From Salisapilia sapeloensis CBS 127946 (taxonomy: Eukaryota; Protista; Oomycota): a stretch of DNA of 64,000 bases. The notes below the pieces were generated by a model. That model ran no database searches, was not told where the DNA came from, and saw only the letters and a program-made list of their open reading frames with translations. The stretch lies in assembly GCA_023334545.1 (NCBI GenBank), contig JAADVB010000054.1:1-64000 (forward strand), given 5' to 3'. The translations under genes were made by a program, and so were the position numbers. Below, one piece after another: positions 41,919 to 54,000 of this stretch. The first letter of the stretch is position 1, and every line of letters starts with the position of its first letter.

Positions 41919-44879
41919 TTACAAGGCTGGTAGGGATTGGGAAGTTACCATCGACCCTCTTTCTCCGCTTACTTGATTTGCCCATGTTGCATTCACATCT
42001 ACAGATGGATCTCCATTTGTGTTTGGAATACTAGTCTTGGTGTCGAATCCAGGATCCGCGATGTCTTCATCAGGAACGGACTCGAGACCTTCCAAAACTT
42101 CCAACTCATCTCCTCGACTGGAATTTGATATCTTGGATGCAACGCGACTACTTCCTGTCGCTTTTGGCATGCGAAAGCCTCCACGATATACACTAGTAGA
42201 ATTTGGCGAGAATGCAGATCGACTAGATTCCAAATCACTCAATAGTTCCGGCGTCGATATCGAATCTGATGAGCCAGAAAACTTTCGTCGATTGGACATG
42301 GAGCTCACTCTTCTAGAATGACTACTGGCTATTGGCGTAGCTGCCAGACGCTTGGCATCCAAGAAGGTAGCATTCTGTAGCAAACTTGTTTGACCATCGT
42401 CTTCGCCGCCAGCACTACCTACGTTAAATCCTCCCATCGTCCTGCGTTTCATACTTGCATCCATCATGTTGTAAAGCGTTTGAATATAAATCTCTCGTCT
42501 ATCAAGTGAACTTTTGTCGAATTGCTCTCCGATGTTTTTGTTGTTCATGATCTTGGCCTTGATCTTCCCTTTGATCCGATCGATCAACGTCGTCTGGTTC
42601 TCCAGCATCAAGACCTCCATCTGGTTCTGATCTACTACTTCCTTGTTGCTTCCCGTCAGCAACACTTCATGTTCTGCACGTGCCACGATCAGGTCAGCAA
42701 AGAACTGACAGTTCTTCACTATGAGCTGTTGCTGCCGTTCATTGAACTGCTTTCTGGTCACCGAATTGTGCTTGTTATTACCCTCGCCTGATCGTGTGCT
42801 TTGTTTGCTACTACTTCTCGCGGAAATCTCAAACTTCCAACATTCACTTACGAAGCTGTCACTAAGTCGTTCTAGCTCTCGGTTCATGTCGACGAGATCC
42901 ATATTGCGGACAGACGACCTTGCTACTGTTTCCTGAAATTGCTCTTGTTTGTGCTGGAACGAAGCATACAACGCCTCAACTCTATTGGATTCCTTGTCTA
43001 CAATGGCCACTAGCTTATCTGTGCACTCCTGAAGCTCCGTCCGAATTTCGGTTTGAAATGTAACAATACAAGCGTCGGTTTTATCTTGTCGACAAACCAT
43101 TTCTTCCTTGGCGGTATGTAAGTCACTTAATGATTCGTTTATACGCATGTTTTCTGTATGCTGAGTACGAAAGTTCCGGTCGACATCACTTTGGGTTGAC
43201 TCCAAGTCTCGTCTGATAGCCGAGGTCGTGTCTTCTAACTGAAAGACATTTGTCTTGAGCATAGAAATCTCGGTATCTGTGGTTGCAAACGACTTATCCA
43301 TATCATCTTGCATCCCTTGCGCAGTGCTTTGTATGATTTCAATCAAACCATCCGTTGTCGTTCGATACTCCTGATTTTCTCTGGCCATAGTGTTCGTTGT
43401 TTCCACCAAGCGTTGGAGACCGTATGCAAGTCTCATGCTTTCTTCAGATAAACTGCTCATGTTCTGTTGTCCTCGTTCAACTGAATCGAGCAGATTAGTG
43501 AATTGAGTCGCGTTCTCAGCATCTTGCTCGGTTGTATGTTTATGCAATGCAGCGAGCTTTCGGGAGGTATCAGATATGCTCAATGTCGTCAGGTCTACTT
43601 TTGTGCTTATCGACTTAAGCTCACTGTCCAAGTTGAGATCCTGCACTTCACTCAAGGCATTGTTTATAACGCTAATTTCCTCACGCAATGTCTCCACAGT
43701 TTCCGCGACCTTGTCCGAGACGTATTGCTCTATCTCATTTCGCATGGAAGCTTGAGTCGTTTGCATGGTTCGGACTTCGTCGATTAGCTGCTCGACCAGT
43801 TTCTCTGTTTCCTCAAAACTTACAAGCTTTTCTTCAATGACATTTACAGCACTCGTATTAATCTCCACTTTCGTATTTGTGTCTTGTAATTGACTAAAAA
43901 TATTTTGAGTTCGCTCATCTGCATCAGCTTGAGCTTCCGTAAGGCTATTGAACAGATCTTCTAGTCGATTGTGCCTTCTATTCATAATTTCTAGACCTTC
44001 AGCTGCATTGCTATTGATATCCTCCTGCTCTGAACGCGATTTTAGCAAGTCTTCGAGAATTTTGTTTGACCGGTCTTCAACTTCGTCCATCATATGATGT
44101 CGATCGGTATCTAGTTGATGGGCTATACGCTGCTCAGCACTGATCAAATCATTCGTTGTTACACAAGCTCGAAGGCTTTCGTTTAACTTGTCCATTTGTG
44201 ATTGCATCATGTCTTCATGCTTATTGTTTCGAGCCTGGACGACTGCATCACGGCGCTTAATTTCTGACTGAAGTCGATTAACCGTGTCTTTTGCTTCCTG
44301 AAATGCACGTGTAAGTGAAGAAAACTCATTTGTTTGCTTGTGAAGATGATCCCAAATCGGTTTGATAAGTTGGTCGAAATTCTGCTTCACGAGAATCGGA
44401 GCTACTCCTTCCTTATTTTCTGCATTCAATTTAAGGATACCAGCATCGCTCTCAGTCGATGTTCCATTAGCAGCATCTGACGGAGAAGCTTTTAAAGCGA
44501 CTGAGTTCATCTTGGATATTCCAGTTGACAGTCGATGGTGCGGTGTTGGATTGTACATGCCAGTGTTTGCTCCACTTCCCGCTGTACTTCGCTGTATGAG
44601 CATTTCATGCCGAAGATCAAGTATTTCCTTCTGTAGCTGAGATACCTGTTCCTTGAGAGCATGGCACTCAACCACTGCGTCCACATTGCTCGCCACTTCT
44701 GTTAACGCTTTCAGTAACCAAGAAGGAAGGGCAGAGCCGCTCAAAAGCTCGTTGCTTTCCAGTGCCTGAACTCTACTCCGCAGCTTCTGTATTACTTCTA
44801 CAAGCGATTCTTCGTTAATCAGCAGCTCTGGAGCACTCCTCCATACGAGATGTGTCGAATTTTGACTCCCAAATTCCAT
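41919..44879 (-). CDS. Long coiled-coil protein of unknown function (986 aa)
   Basis: Single long ORF rich in E/Q/K/L heptads with a Ser-rich tail containing YRGGFRMP. Confidence 0.65.
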   Translation of the reverse strand: MEFGSQNSTHLVWRSAPELLINEESLVEVIQKLRSRVQALESNELLSGSALPSWLLKALTEVASNVDAVVECHALKEQVSQLQKEILDLRHEMLIQRSTAGSGANTGMYNPTPHHRLSTGISKMNSVALKASPSDAANGTSTESDAGILKLNAENKEGVAPILVKQNFDQLIKPIWDHLHKQTNEFSSLTRAFQEAKDTVNRLQSEIKRRDAVVQARNNKHEDMMQSQMDKLNESLRACVTTNDLISAEQRIAHQLDTDRHHMMDEVEDRSNKILEDLLKSRSEQEDINSNAAEGLEIMNRRHNRLEDLFNSLTEAQADADERTQNIFSQLQDTNTKVEINTSAVNVIEEKLVSFEETEKLVEQLIDEVRTMQTTQASMRNEIEQYVSDKVAETVETLREEISVINNALSEVQDLNLDSELKSISTKVDLTTLSISDTSRKLAALHKHTTEQDAENATQFTNLLDSVERGQQNMSSLSEESMRLAYGLQRLVETTNTMARENQEYRTTTDGLIEIIQSTAQGMQDDMDKSFATTDTEISMLKTNVFQLEDTTSAIRRDLESTQSDVDRNFRTQHTENMRINESLSDLHTAKEEMVCRQDKTDACIVTFQTEIRTELQECTDKLVAIVDKESNRVEALYASFQHKQEQFQETVARSSVRNMDLVDMNRELERLSDSFVSECWKFEISARSSSKQSTRSGEGNNKHNSVTRKQFNERQQQLIVKNCQFFADLIVARAEHEVLLTGSNKEVVDQNQMEVLMLENQTTLIDRIKGKIKAKIMNNKNIGEQFDKSSLDRREIYIQTLYNMMDASMKRRTMGGFNVGSAGGEDDGQTSLLQNATFLDAKRLAATPIASSHSRRVSSMSNRRKFSGSSDSISTPELLSDLESSRSAFSPNSTSVYRGGFRMPKATGSSRVASKISNSSRGDELEVLEGLESVPDEDIADPGFDTKTSIPNTNGDPSVDVNATWANQVSGERGSMVTSQSLPAL

Positions 44880-45064
44880 GACAAAAGTATCCTCGGCTGA
44901 CTGCTGAGCTACTGGTACATCTAAATGACAATTGATGTATGATTTAATCGCTCCTAATTTAGAACTTCATCCGTTTCCACACTTTCTTTTCTGCCTTCAT
45001 CAGCTCAGTTCTTACTTTCATTTCTCCGCAACAGGCGCCTGTGATTGCGCTAGATCGGTAGAAG

Positions 45065-48000
45065 ATGAGTGATGAGAGCAAGGCAGAAGCAAAGAAGCGT
45101 GAGGTATGTTGATGTCTTCTATAATTTTGATCGTATCGTTTCTCAGCAGTTGCAAAACGATCTTACTGTGATGTGCTTATAGGCGAAAGATTTGAGTCCC
45201 CGCCGCCTCCCTCCCTCAACAAGTCCATCTAAAGCTGCACTTCGATCACCTACTCGAATTCTGAATTTCGAACAGGGCGGTACTAGGTCGATCGCCCGAA
45301 CATTGCAAAGCGAAGCGTTGGCTCATCATATAAATTCCCCTGTTGGATTTTCTGTCTCTGATGGGGAAGCACTTGTCGAAGTAAAAGCACCGCTGCGTGA
45401 GGTTGGTACAATCGACCCCAAAGTCTTTGTACCGTACGAACGTGTCGCCGGGTTTCCACCTCGACAGGTGGAAGTAGAGCGCAAGAAGAGACTTTATGCC
45501 TCTGTCAATGTCGACGCACTCATGAAAGAACGGATGTCCATTTTTACTAACTCGCCAGCATATCAACGTATTGCTCGAGATACAAGTGGGATAGCAGAAC
45601 AAACTTTAAATAGCTTACCATTGCACTGGTTTGACGATACCACATACGAGGTTCATTTGCCAGAAGAGTGGGTTCGATTGGGTAAGCGTAATGATGGGAG
45701 TGTATGGATACCGGCAACGGCTCGATATACTTCTAAACATCTCGAAAATGATGCCTGGTGTGAAGCACATGTATCGGGCTACAGTAAAGTTACTGGTGAC
45801 TTTACTGTTGTTTTCATGCGTCACAAAAATGAAGAGGTACAAACTCTCAAGCGTATAGACATTTGCTTCAAGTCAGAGGACCCCAAAAATTATGCAGACA
45901 GGTATATGGCTGCTCAGCATTCCCGACTAAGAGTGCAAAATTGCTTGCTACAAAGCTTTTATATCGATTGCATGCCGATAGAAGAGTTACACAAGGTAGG
46001 AAATGAAGGATTAAGTAAAATGACACGCTTGGCGATCGCCCCTCTTGTGAGTAAGGGCATTCGGGTTCCTGATACAACGCGAGTGACACAGGAGATTCAG
46101 CTGGACTACCTCCGTGCCATGAACAGAGTTATATTCCATCATCACCGACATGCCAATCGAAACACTGAAGTTTTTGCGCAATTTATGCATCCTGACGAAG
46201 AACTTCCTGTCGGGCCTTGCCATCGTGTGGTGGTCCGATCCGCGCGAGGAGAAAAAGAGGTAGTTCCTGCTTTAGATTACGCAGACCAGTACATCGCGTT
46301 TTCGTTCCAGACCTTTTTGACTTCACCGGAAGCATTGGCTGCACTAATTAAGGTCAATGATGAGTGTTTCCGCCTTCAACATTTGGAGCTATTCAATGTC
46401 AAGTCTGGTGGGAAGAGCACGAAGTTGGAAGACTTTATGCAGCGACAATCGACACTTGAAAGGCAAGTTCTAAAAGCTGTGAAGGAAGATTGGCCCAATA
46501 AGATTACTTCCCATATTCGGTCTTCTTTGTCCGGTGTCGGTAAAGGATGGTACTATCTACAGGAGACGCAACAAGATACTTATGAATTCAGTAAGCTACG
46601 TGCTCTGCTTAAGCGTGTCAATTTTGCCATGAAAGACTCTTTGCGGTTCTTAACTGAGTCTTCATTGTACCAGTTTCGAGATTACATTCAGCATGCTGCT
46701 AGCGGTGACATTCACATTCAAGACACACGAAATGCAATCGTGTCATATCCAGACTTGCGACGGATTGATCTCGGTGAGATCAAATGGCGCTACATGTGTG
46801 AAGAGCGACAGAATGAAGATCCGTTAGCACTATTTATGGTTCATCTGAGCGTGACGAGCGAAAAGGTTGTCATCAATCAAACTGAAGTCGATTCAACCGC
46901 TGCAAAAATTGCTGCGTGGAAACCCAAAGACCCTGAAGATGCTTCCGAAGTATGTCCTCATCATCCCGTGGAACCCATGTTGGGTAACGTGTTTGGGTAT
47001 AACACAAGCATGTCAACTTTTAAAGACGCAATTCGCAGTATTCCAATCAAGATGCTGGAGACGCTGAAGGGGATTCCTCAAATTGAGCCTGCTGTCATGA
47101 ACAAACTGTTTTGGAGCAGTCGTCCGTCGATTCCATCCGTTGGAGCTACGGAAACTTGGGTCGTCCAGGTCAAAGAAGAAATTGAAAATTTTATGGACAA
47201 AGCGGCGAAGCCTCTACAACAGTACCTGGCACATTATGACAAGTACATTCTCTTTTTAAACGAAGATGAGGATAAATATGTCGCTGATATCGCCGCTCAA
47301 CAGCCGCCCAACTTGCAGCGTATGCAAGATTCCATCAAGGATCACTTCCAAGGTGCAATAAATATCGAAGAAGATATACCAGAAACACTTGTCGAGTTAG
47401 GAATGTACTCTGTCAATTGCATTGACATTCGGAAGCGCTTAGCTGAAAAGCATCGCCGAATAGCACAAAAGCTTTTGGATGTGCAACTACAGAATTGCTT
47501 AGCTCTAGCTAGAAGCTTATTGGAGAACTTTGCAGCGATTGATCGACAGCTCCAACGTGTACCAGAGAACATTGAAGAGGTCTGTGAGATGGAGGCGTAT
47601 GTTGAGAGTGTTCCGAACCATCTAGCTCCGCTGCTGACCCAGTCGCAGCAGCTTGTGCGCTTTCGAGCGTTGTTGGACCAGTTTCAATTCAGCTACGACC
47701 GAGATGACTTCTTTACGATTTGGAAGGTCCGACAATGTCCAAATCACACGAATGAGTTGGTAAAGAAGATGAATATTATTCTTCAAACGCAACGAAGTCA
47801 GTATTTCACGAATATGCGTGATGATCAGGAAGACTTTGCGGAGCACCTCCGTGTGTTATATAATGAGGTCGATGGGTTTCGACAGTATTCAGACATTGCA
47901 CGAGTTGACCAAGTGTACAAGTATGTACAGAACATTGAGCACAAGATCATGAAGGCGGAAGAAGATGCTCGTTTGTTTAATTCTCGTGAAGCGCTTTTCG

Positions 48001-51000
48001 ACCAAGAGGTTACAGACTATGACGAAATTCAAAAAATTCGTCGCGACTTTGAACCATATTCACTTCTCTGGAAAACAGCGCATAGTTGGATGAAAGAGTA
48101 TGGAAAGTATATGGATGGTGCCTTCCTTGATATTGACGGTGAAGAAATCGAAACATTCGTCGAGTCGAATTGGAGCTCTATTCAAAAGGCATTGAAGCAG
48201 TTTGATAAGCTTGGATTGAAAGGATGTACGGACATTGCAAGTTCTATCAGGGATGAGATTGCCGCCTTTCGTCCTCATGTTCCCTTGATTTTGTCACTTC
48301 GCAATCCAGGCATGCAAGAACGTCATTGGAATGACATGAACCAGCAAATACAAATGAATTTCCGTCCAGATCGAGGCATGAAACTTAGCTACGTTTTGGA
48401 ATTGGGTCTCGAAAAGCATTTGGAAACGATCACGCATATCTGTGAAAAAGCTGGTAAAGAATATCAGATCGAGAAGACATTAAACCTCATGGAGGAACAG
48501 TGGAAAGCCATACAGCTGACAGTAGTGGACTATCGGGAAACGGAGACGTTTGTTTTGAAAAGTGTCGATGAGATCCAAGCATTGCTGGATGAACAAATTA
48601 CGACTACGCAAACGATGCAGTTTTCTGCTTTTAAAAAACCATTTGAAGAACGGATTACTCGATGGGAGCGGACACTAACGACTGTTTCCGATGTCTTGGA
48701 TGAATGGATTCAAGTGCAGCGTAGTTGGTTGTACTTGCAACCAATTTTTGATTCACCAGATATCAACAAGCAGCTTCCAACAGAAGGTAAACGCTTTGCC
48801 ACTGTCGACAAGAATTGGCGCCAAACGCTAGCAGCGGCCAAGGCGAAGCCTGGTGCTATTGCTTTTTGCAATAATGATAAACTGTTAGCTAGGTTCCAGG
48901 AGAGCAATCATTTCCTGGAACAGGTACAAAAAGGTTTGAGCGATTTCCTCGAAACCAAGCGTTCTGCGTTCAGTCGTTTCTACTTCTTGTCCAATGAAGA
49001 GTTGCTATCTATTCTGTCCGAGAGTAAAGATGTCAAGTTAGTTCAACCGCATCTAAAGAAATGTTTCGAAGGCATCGTTTCTGTCGAGTTCCAGGCTGAC
49101 TTGACGATTACTGCGATGATATCGGCTGAAGGCGAAAAGGTATTGATGGAGACGCCAGTGAACCCAGTTGGTAAGAACGTGGAGCATTGGATGACAGAAG
49201 TGGAAGATATGATGCGTATATCTATCCGTGATGTGATGTGGAGATCTATCGAGGACTATATCAAGATATCTCGCACAAAGTGGATTCAAAAATGGCCTGG
49301 TATGTGTGTACTAAACGGCAGTCAATTCCACTGGACAAGAGAGATGGAGGAGGAGATGCAAGCGGCTGGAAACAAAGGTGTTAAAAAGATGATGGAAAGA
49401 CAGCTTTCACAACTTGCTGACATGGTCAAAATGGTTCGTGGACCGCTCGATAAACTCGCACGTGTGAGCGTAGGTGCTTTGACGGTCATTGACGTGCACG
49501 CTCGAGATGTGACAGCTCGACTCGTCGATCATGGTGTAAGTACGAAAGAAGACTTTATGTGGTCCAGCCAGCTTCGATATTACTGGGTGGATGATCTATT
49601 TGCCGACATGGTCAGTGCACGTCGTCCATATGGATACGAGTATCTCGGTAACTCCTTCCGACTGGTGATCACGCCGCTAACAGACAAGTGCTATATGACG
49701 CTAATGGCGGCCTTGCAGATGATCCTTGGTGGTGCTCCGGCTGGCCCGGCCGGAACAGGGAAAACGGAAACAACGAAAGATCTTGCAAAAGCCCTTGCAA
49801 AGCAGTGTGTTGTGTTCAACTGCTCTGATGGTCTAGATTACATTGCGATGGGGAAATTCTTTAAAGGACTTGCTTCCTGTGGCGCATGGGCATGTTTCGA
49901 TGAGTTCAATCGTATCAATATCGAAGTGCTGTCTGTGATCGGGCAGCAAATTACCACACTACAACTCGCCATTCGAGCTGGCGAAAAACGAATTGTCTTT
50001 GAAGGGTCCGACATTGCCGTTAATCCTCAGTTTGGTGTTTTTATTACGATGAATCCTGGGTATGCTGGACGATCTGAACTGCCTGATTCGCTTGCCGCAC
50101 TCTTCCGACCTGTAGCAATGATGGTGCCGGACTATGCCATGATCGGAGAGATCATGTTCTTTGCTTACGGTTATGAAAAGGCAAAGCAGTGTGGAGCGAA
50201 GATGGTGACCACTTTCAAACTCTGCTCCGAGCAGCTAAGTTCCCAGTCGCACTATGACTACGGCATGCGTGCCGTAAAGACTGTAATTACTGCTGCAGGA
50301 AACTACAAACGATCAGACCCGGATATTGATGAAGAAGTGCTCTTGCTACGAGCGCTTCAGGATGTGAATTTGCCTAAATTCCTTGCTCATGACTTACCAT
50401 TGTTCGCAGGTATTATAAACGATCTCTTCCCAGGTAAGAGTCGACCACAATTGAACTTAGGCTCGCTCAATCGTGTCATCAAGCTTACCATTGAGAAGCA
50501 AAACCTTCAAGTGCATCCGTTCTTCTTTATGAAGGTTGTTCAGCTGTACGAGACGCTTTGTGTTCGACATGGACTCATGCTCGTTGGAGCTACAGGTGGT
50601 GGAAAGTCTGCGAACTTAAGCGTACTGGCAGAAGCGTTGACGCAATTGAAGGAAATGGGGGAGACTGGACCTGCTTTTGAGCGCGTTCATCGCTTCCAGC
50701 TCAATCCCAAGTCAATTACGATGGGCCAGTTATATGGCGAATTTGATATGAACACACACGAGTGGCAAGATGGCATATTGTCCACTCTATATCGTGAAGC
50801 AGCGAGTGATCCAAGCCCAGATCGTAAATGGGTTATCTTTGATGGACCTGTCGATGCCATCTGGATCGAAAACATGAACACAGTGCTCGATGACAACAAG
50901 AAGTTATGCTTAGCGAGCGGAGAAATTATCCAGATGTCCAATGAGATGACGATGATGTTTGAGGTCGAAGATCTATCGGTGGCTTCTCCTGCTACTGTCA

Positions 51001-54000
51001 GCCGAACAGGAATGGTGTACATGGAGCCTGCGTCTCTCGGATTTGATCCTTTGATTCAAAGCTGGATGGATAAACTAGAAAAGGAGCTCGGTGGCGTAGA
51101 GGCGACTGGAAATCAAGGTGTGGACCCGTGGAATGAAAACTTGTATCGGCTTTTCGATATATACTTGAGACCAGCGCAACAGTTCGTGGTTCAGTACGTT
51201 AAAGAGTGGCTGCCCCAAATTCCTCCAAACCTTGTCCAGAGCCTACTTCGGCTTATCGACTGCTTTTTGGCACCGATTAAACTAGTGGAAAAGAAAGATG
51301 CAAAGCAAGAGCTTATTAAACGATTTGCACGAAACGTTGAGAGTATCTTTCTCTTTTGTCTAGTGTGGTCCGTCGGTGCCACAGGAAATGATGCTGGACG
51401 TGCTCGTTTCGATGCATATTTACGCGGAGAAATACACGCATACGGTGTCCAAAAGCCATTTCCAACCAAGGGAACTGTGTATGATTATCTGTTTGACCAA
51501 GAAACTGAGGAGTGGATTCCGTGGCTAGAAACCATTGGCAAGTACACTATTGATAACAACGCCTCATTCTCCGAAATTGTGGTACCTACAAGCGACTCGG
51601 TGCAAGCGTCTTTCATCATGGACTTGGCTCTAACCCAAGGTGTTCACATGCTCATTGTGGGACCCACCGGTACTGGTAAGACAGTGAACATCAATCAGTT
51701 TCTAGAGCATTCGGATCCAGATCACTTCATTCCACTTAATATGTCGTTTTCTGCTCAATCAAGTGCAAACCAAACGCAAGACTTTATTGATTCAAAGATG
51801 GAGAAACGCCGGAAGGGTGTCTTTGGTCCAGCTGCTGGAAAGAAATTTATCATTTACGTCGATGACTTAAATATGCCGAAGCAAGAGGAGTACTTTGCCC
51901 AGCCACCGATTGAAATCTTACGTCAATGGTTTGACCAAGGAGGTTGGTATGATCGAAAGCTCTTAACGTTCCGATCGATTATCGACGTTGTCTTCATATG
52001 CTCTATGGGTCCACCAGGAGGAGGTAGAAACCCGATTACACCCCGTTTTGTTCGCCATTTTAATATCATGGGCTACACGGAGATGTCGGACGCGAACAAA
52101 GCGATTGTCTTTGAAACGATACTGACCAACTTCCTCTCTAAATTCCCAGATGAACTCAAGTCGAAGAATATTGCTAAACAATTTGTAGCTAGTACGATCC
52201 AAATCTACAATACGGTAATTGCTGAGTTGCTCCCGACACCGGCGAAATCGCATTATACATTCAATCTTCGCGACCTTGCAAAGGTATTCCAAGGTATGCT
52301 TATGGGTGATCCCAAGCGCATCACCAAACTGGACCAGTTTATCCGCCTGTGGATTCATGAAAACATGCGCGTCTTTGAAGATCGTTTCACAACGGTGGAG
52401 GATCACGAGTGGTTCCAAGACCTATTGAAGACCCAAGTTACATCGGCCTTTGGGCAAGCGCTAGGTGTGCCCAATATCACTTCTCGATTCAAGCCTGACA
52501 AAGAGTCAAAAGAAGCAGTTTGGAACATGGTGCACCCGATGCAGACACTCTTCTTTGGAGATTACATGATACCAGGAGCAGATCCGAAAGTGTACGATGA
52601 GATAGTCGATGTGGAAAAACTCCAAGCGCAAGTAGAGGAATACTTGGGTGATTACAATGCTGAAACGAATGCGCCAATGAACTTGGTAATGTTTATGAAT
52701 GCCATTCAGCACGTGTCTCGCATCTCACGTGTGATCCGACAACCTCAAGGAAACGCCTTGTTACTAGGTGTCGGTGGAAGTGGCCGACAGTCTTTAACTC
52801 GGTTGGCTGCATACATGGCAGAATACTCTTGTACTCAGATTGAGATTACCAAGGGATATGGTGTCACAGAGTGGCGTGAAGACTTGCGCAAATGCCTCAT
52901 GAAAGCTGGTATTGATGAGAAGGCAACTGTCTTCCTCTTTTCAGACGTACAGATCGTAAATGACGTGATGCTGGAGGATATTAACAATATCTTGAACAGC
53001 GGAGACGTCCCAAATCTGTATGGCCCAGAGGAGCTCGATCAAATTGCGACGCACTGCAGACCTATATGCGTCAAAAAGCGTCTCCAGCCGACGAAACTAA
53101 ACATGTTTGCACAGTATCTCTTGCTCGTGCGACAGAACTTGCATCTTGTCCTGTGCATGAGTCCACTCGGTTCACTCTTCCGCGACCGCATTCGCATGTT
53201 TCCGTCTCTCGTCAATTGCTGTACCATCGATTGGTTTACAGAGTGGCCAGCAGAAGCATTGCAGTCCGTGGCAGCGAGAGCATTGACAGCAGGAGATTTC
53301 CAACTTTCACCACCACCGGAATCGACTGGAGATAAGGAAACATCAAGTAGCGCACAAGCGGTGGATACTAATGCAGTTGTAAGTATCTTCCAAAAGATAC
53401 ATCAAAGCGTCGAGCATGCTTCGGTTCAGTTTTATGAAAACCTTCGTCGATATAATTACGTGACGCCGACGAGTTACTTGGAGCTATTGCATACGTTTAA
53501 GACTGTATTGCTTGCCAAGAGAGAAGATGTATACTCTAAGCGCAGTCGCCTGCAGAATGGTGTTGATAAAATCACAGCGACAAAGTCACAGGTTGCTGGG
53601 ATGCAGGAACAGTTGGTTGCTCTCAAACCACAGCTCGAGAAGACACAGATCGAAGTAGAGGAGATGATGAAGCAGATTACACTGGACAAAAAGGATGCAG
53701 ATGAAACGAAGGCAGTGGTGGAGAAGGAGGAGCAAGTGGCGAACACCAAGGCAGCAGCAACGAAAGAGATTGCAGATGACGCTCAACGAGATTTGGACGA
53801 GGCATTGCCAGCACTCGATGCTGCTGTCCAATGTTTGAATAAGCTGAAAAAGTCAGATATCGACGAAGTGAAAGCCCTAAAGAATCCTCCTCATGGTGTA
53901 AAGCTGACGATGGAAGCGGCTTGTATCATCTTTAACATCAAACCGACAATGAAGGTAGATCCGGACAAACCTGGCCAGAAGATGAAAGATTACTGGGAGA

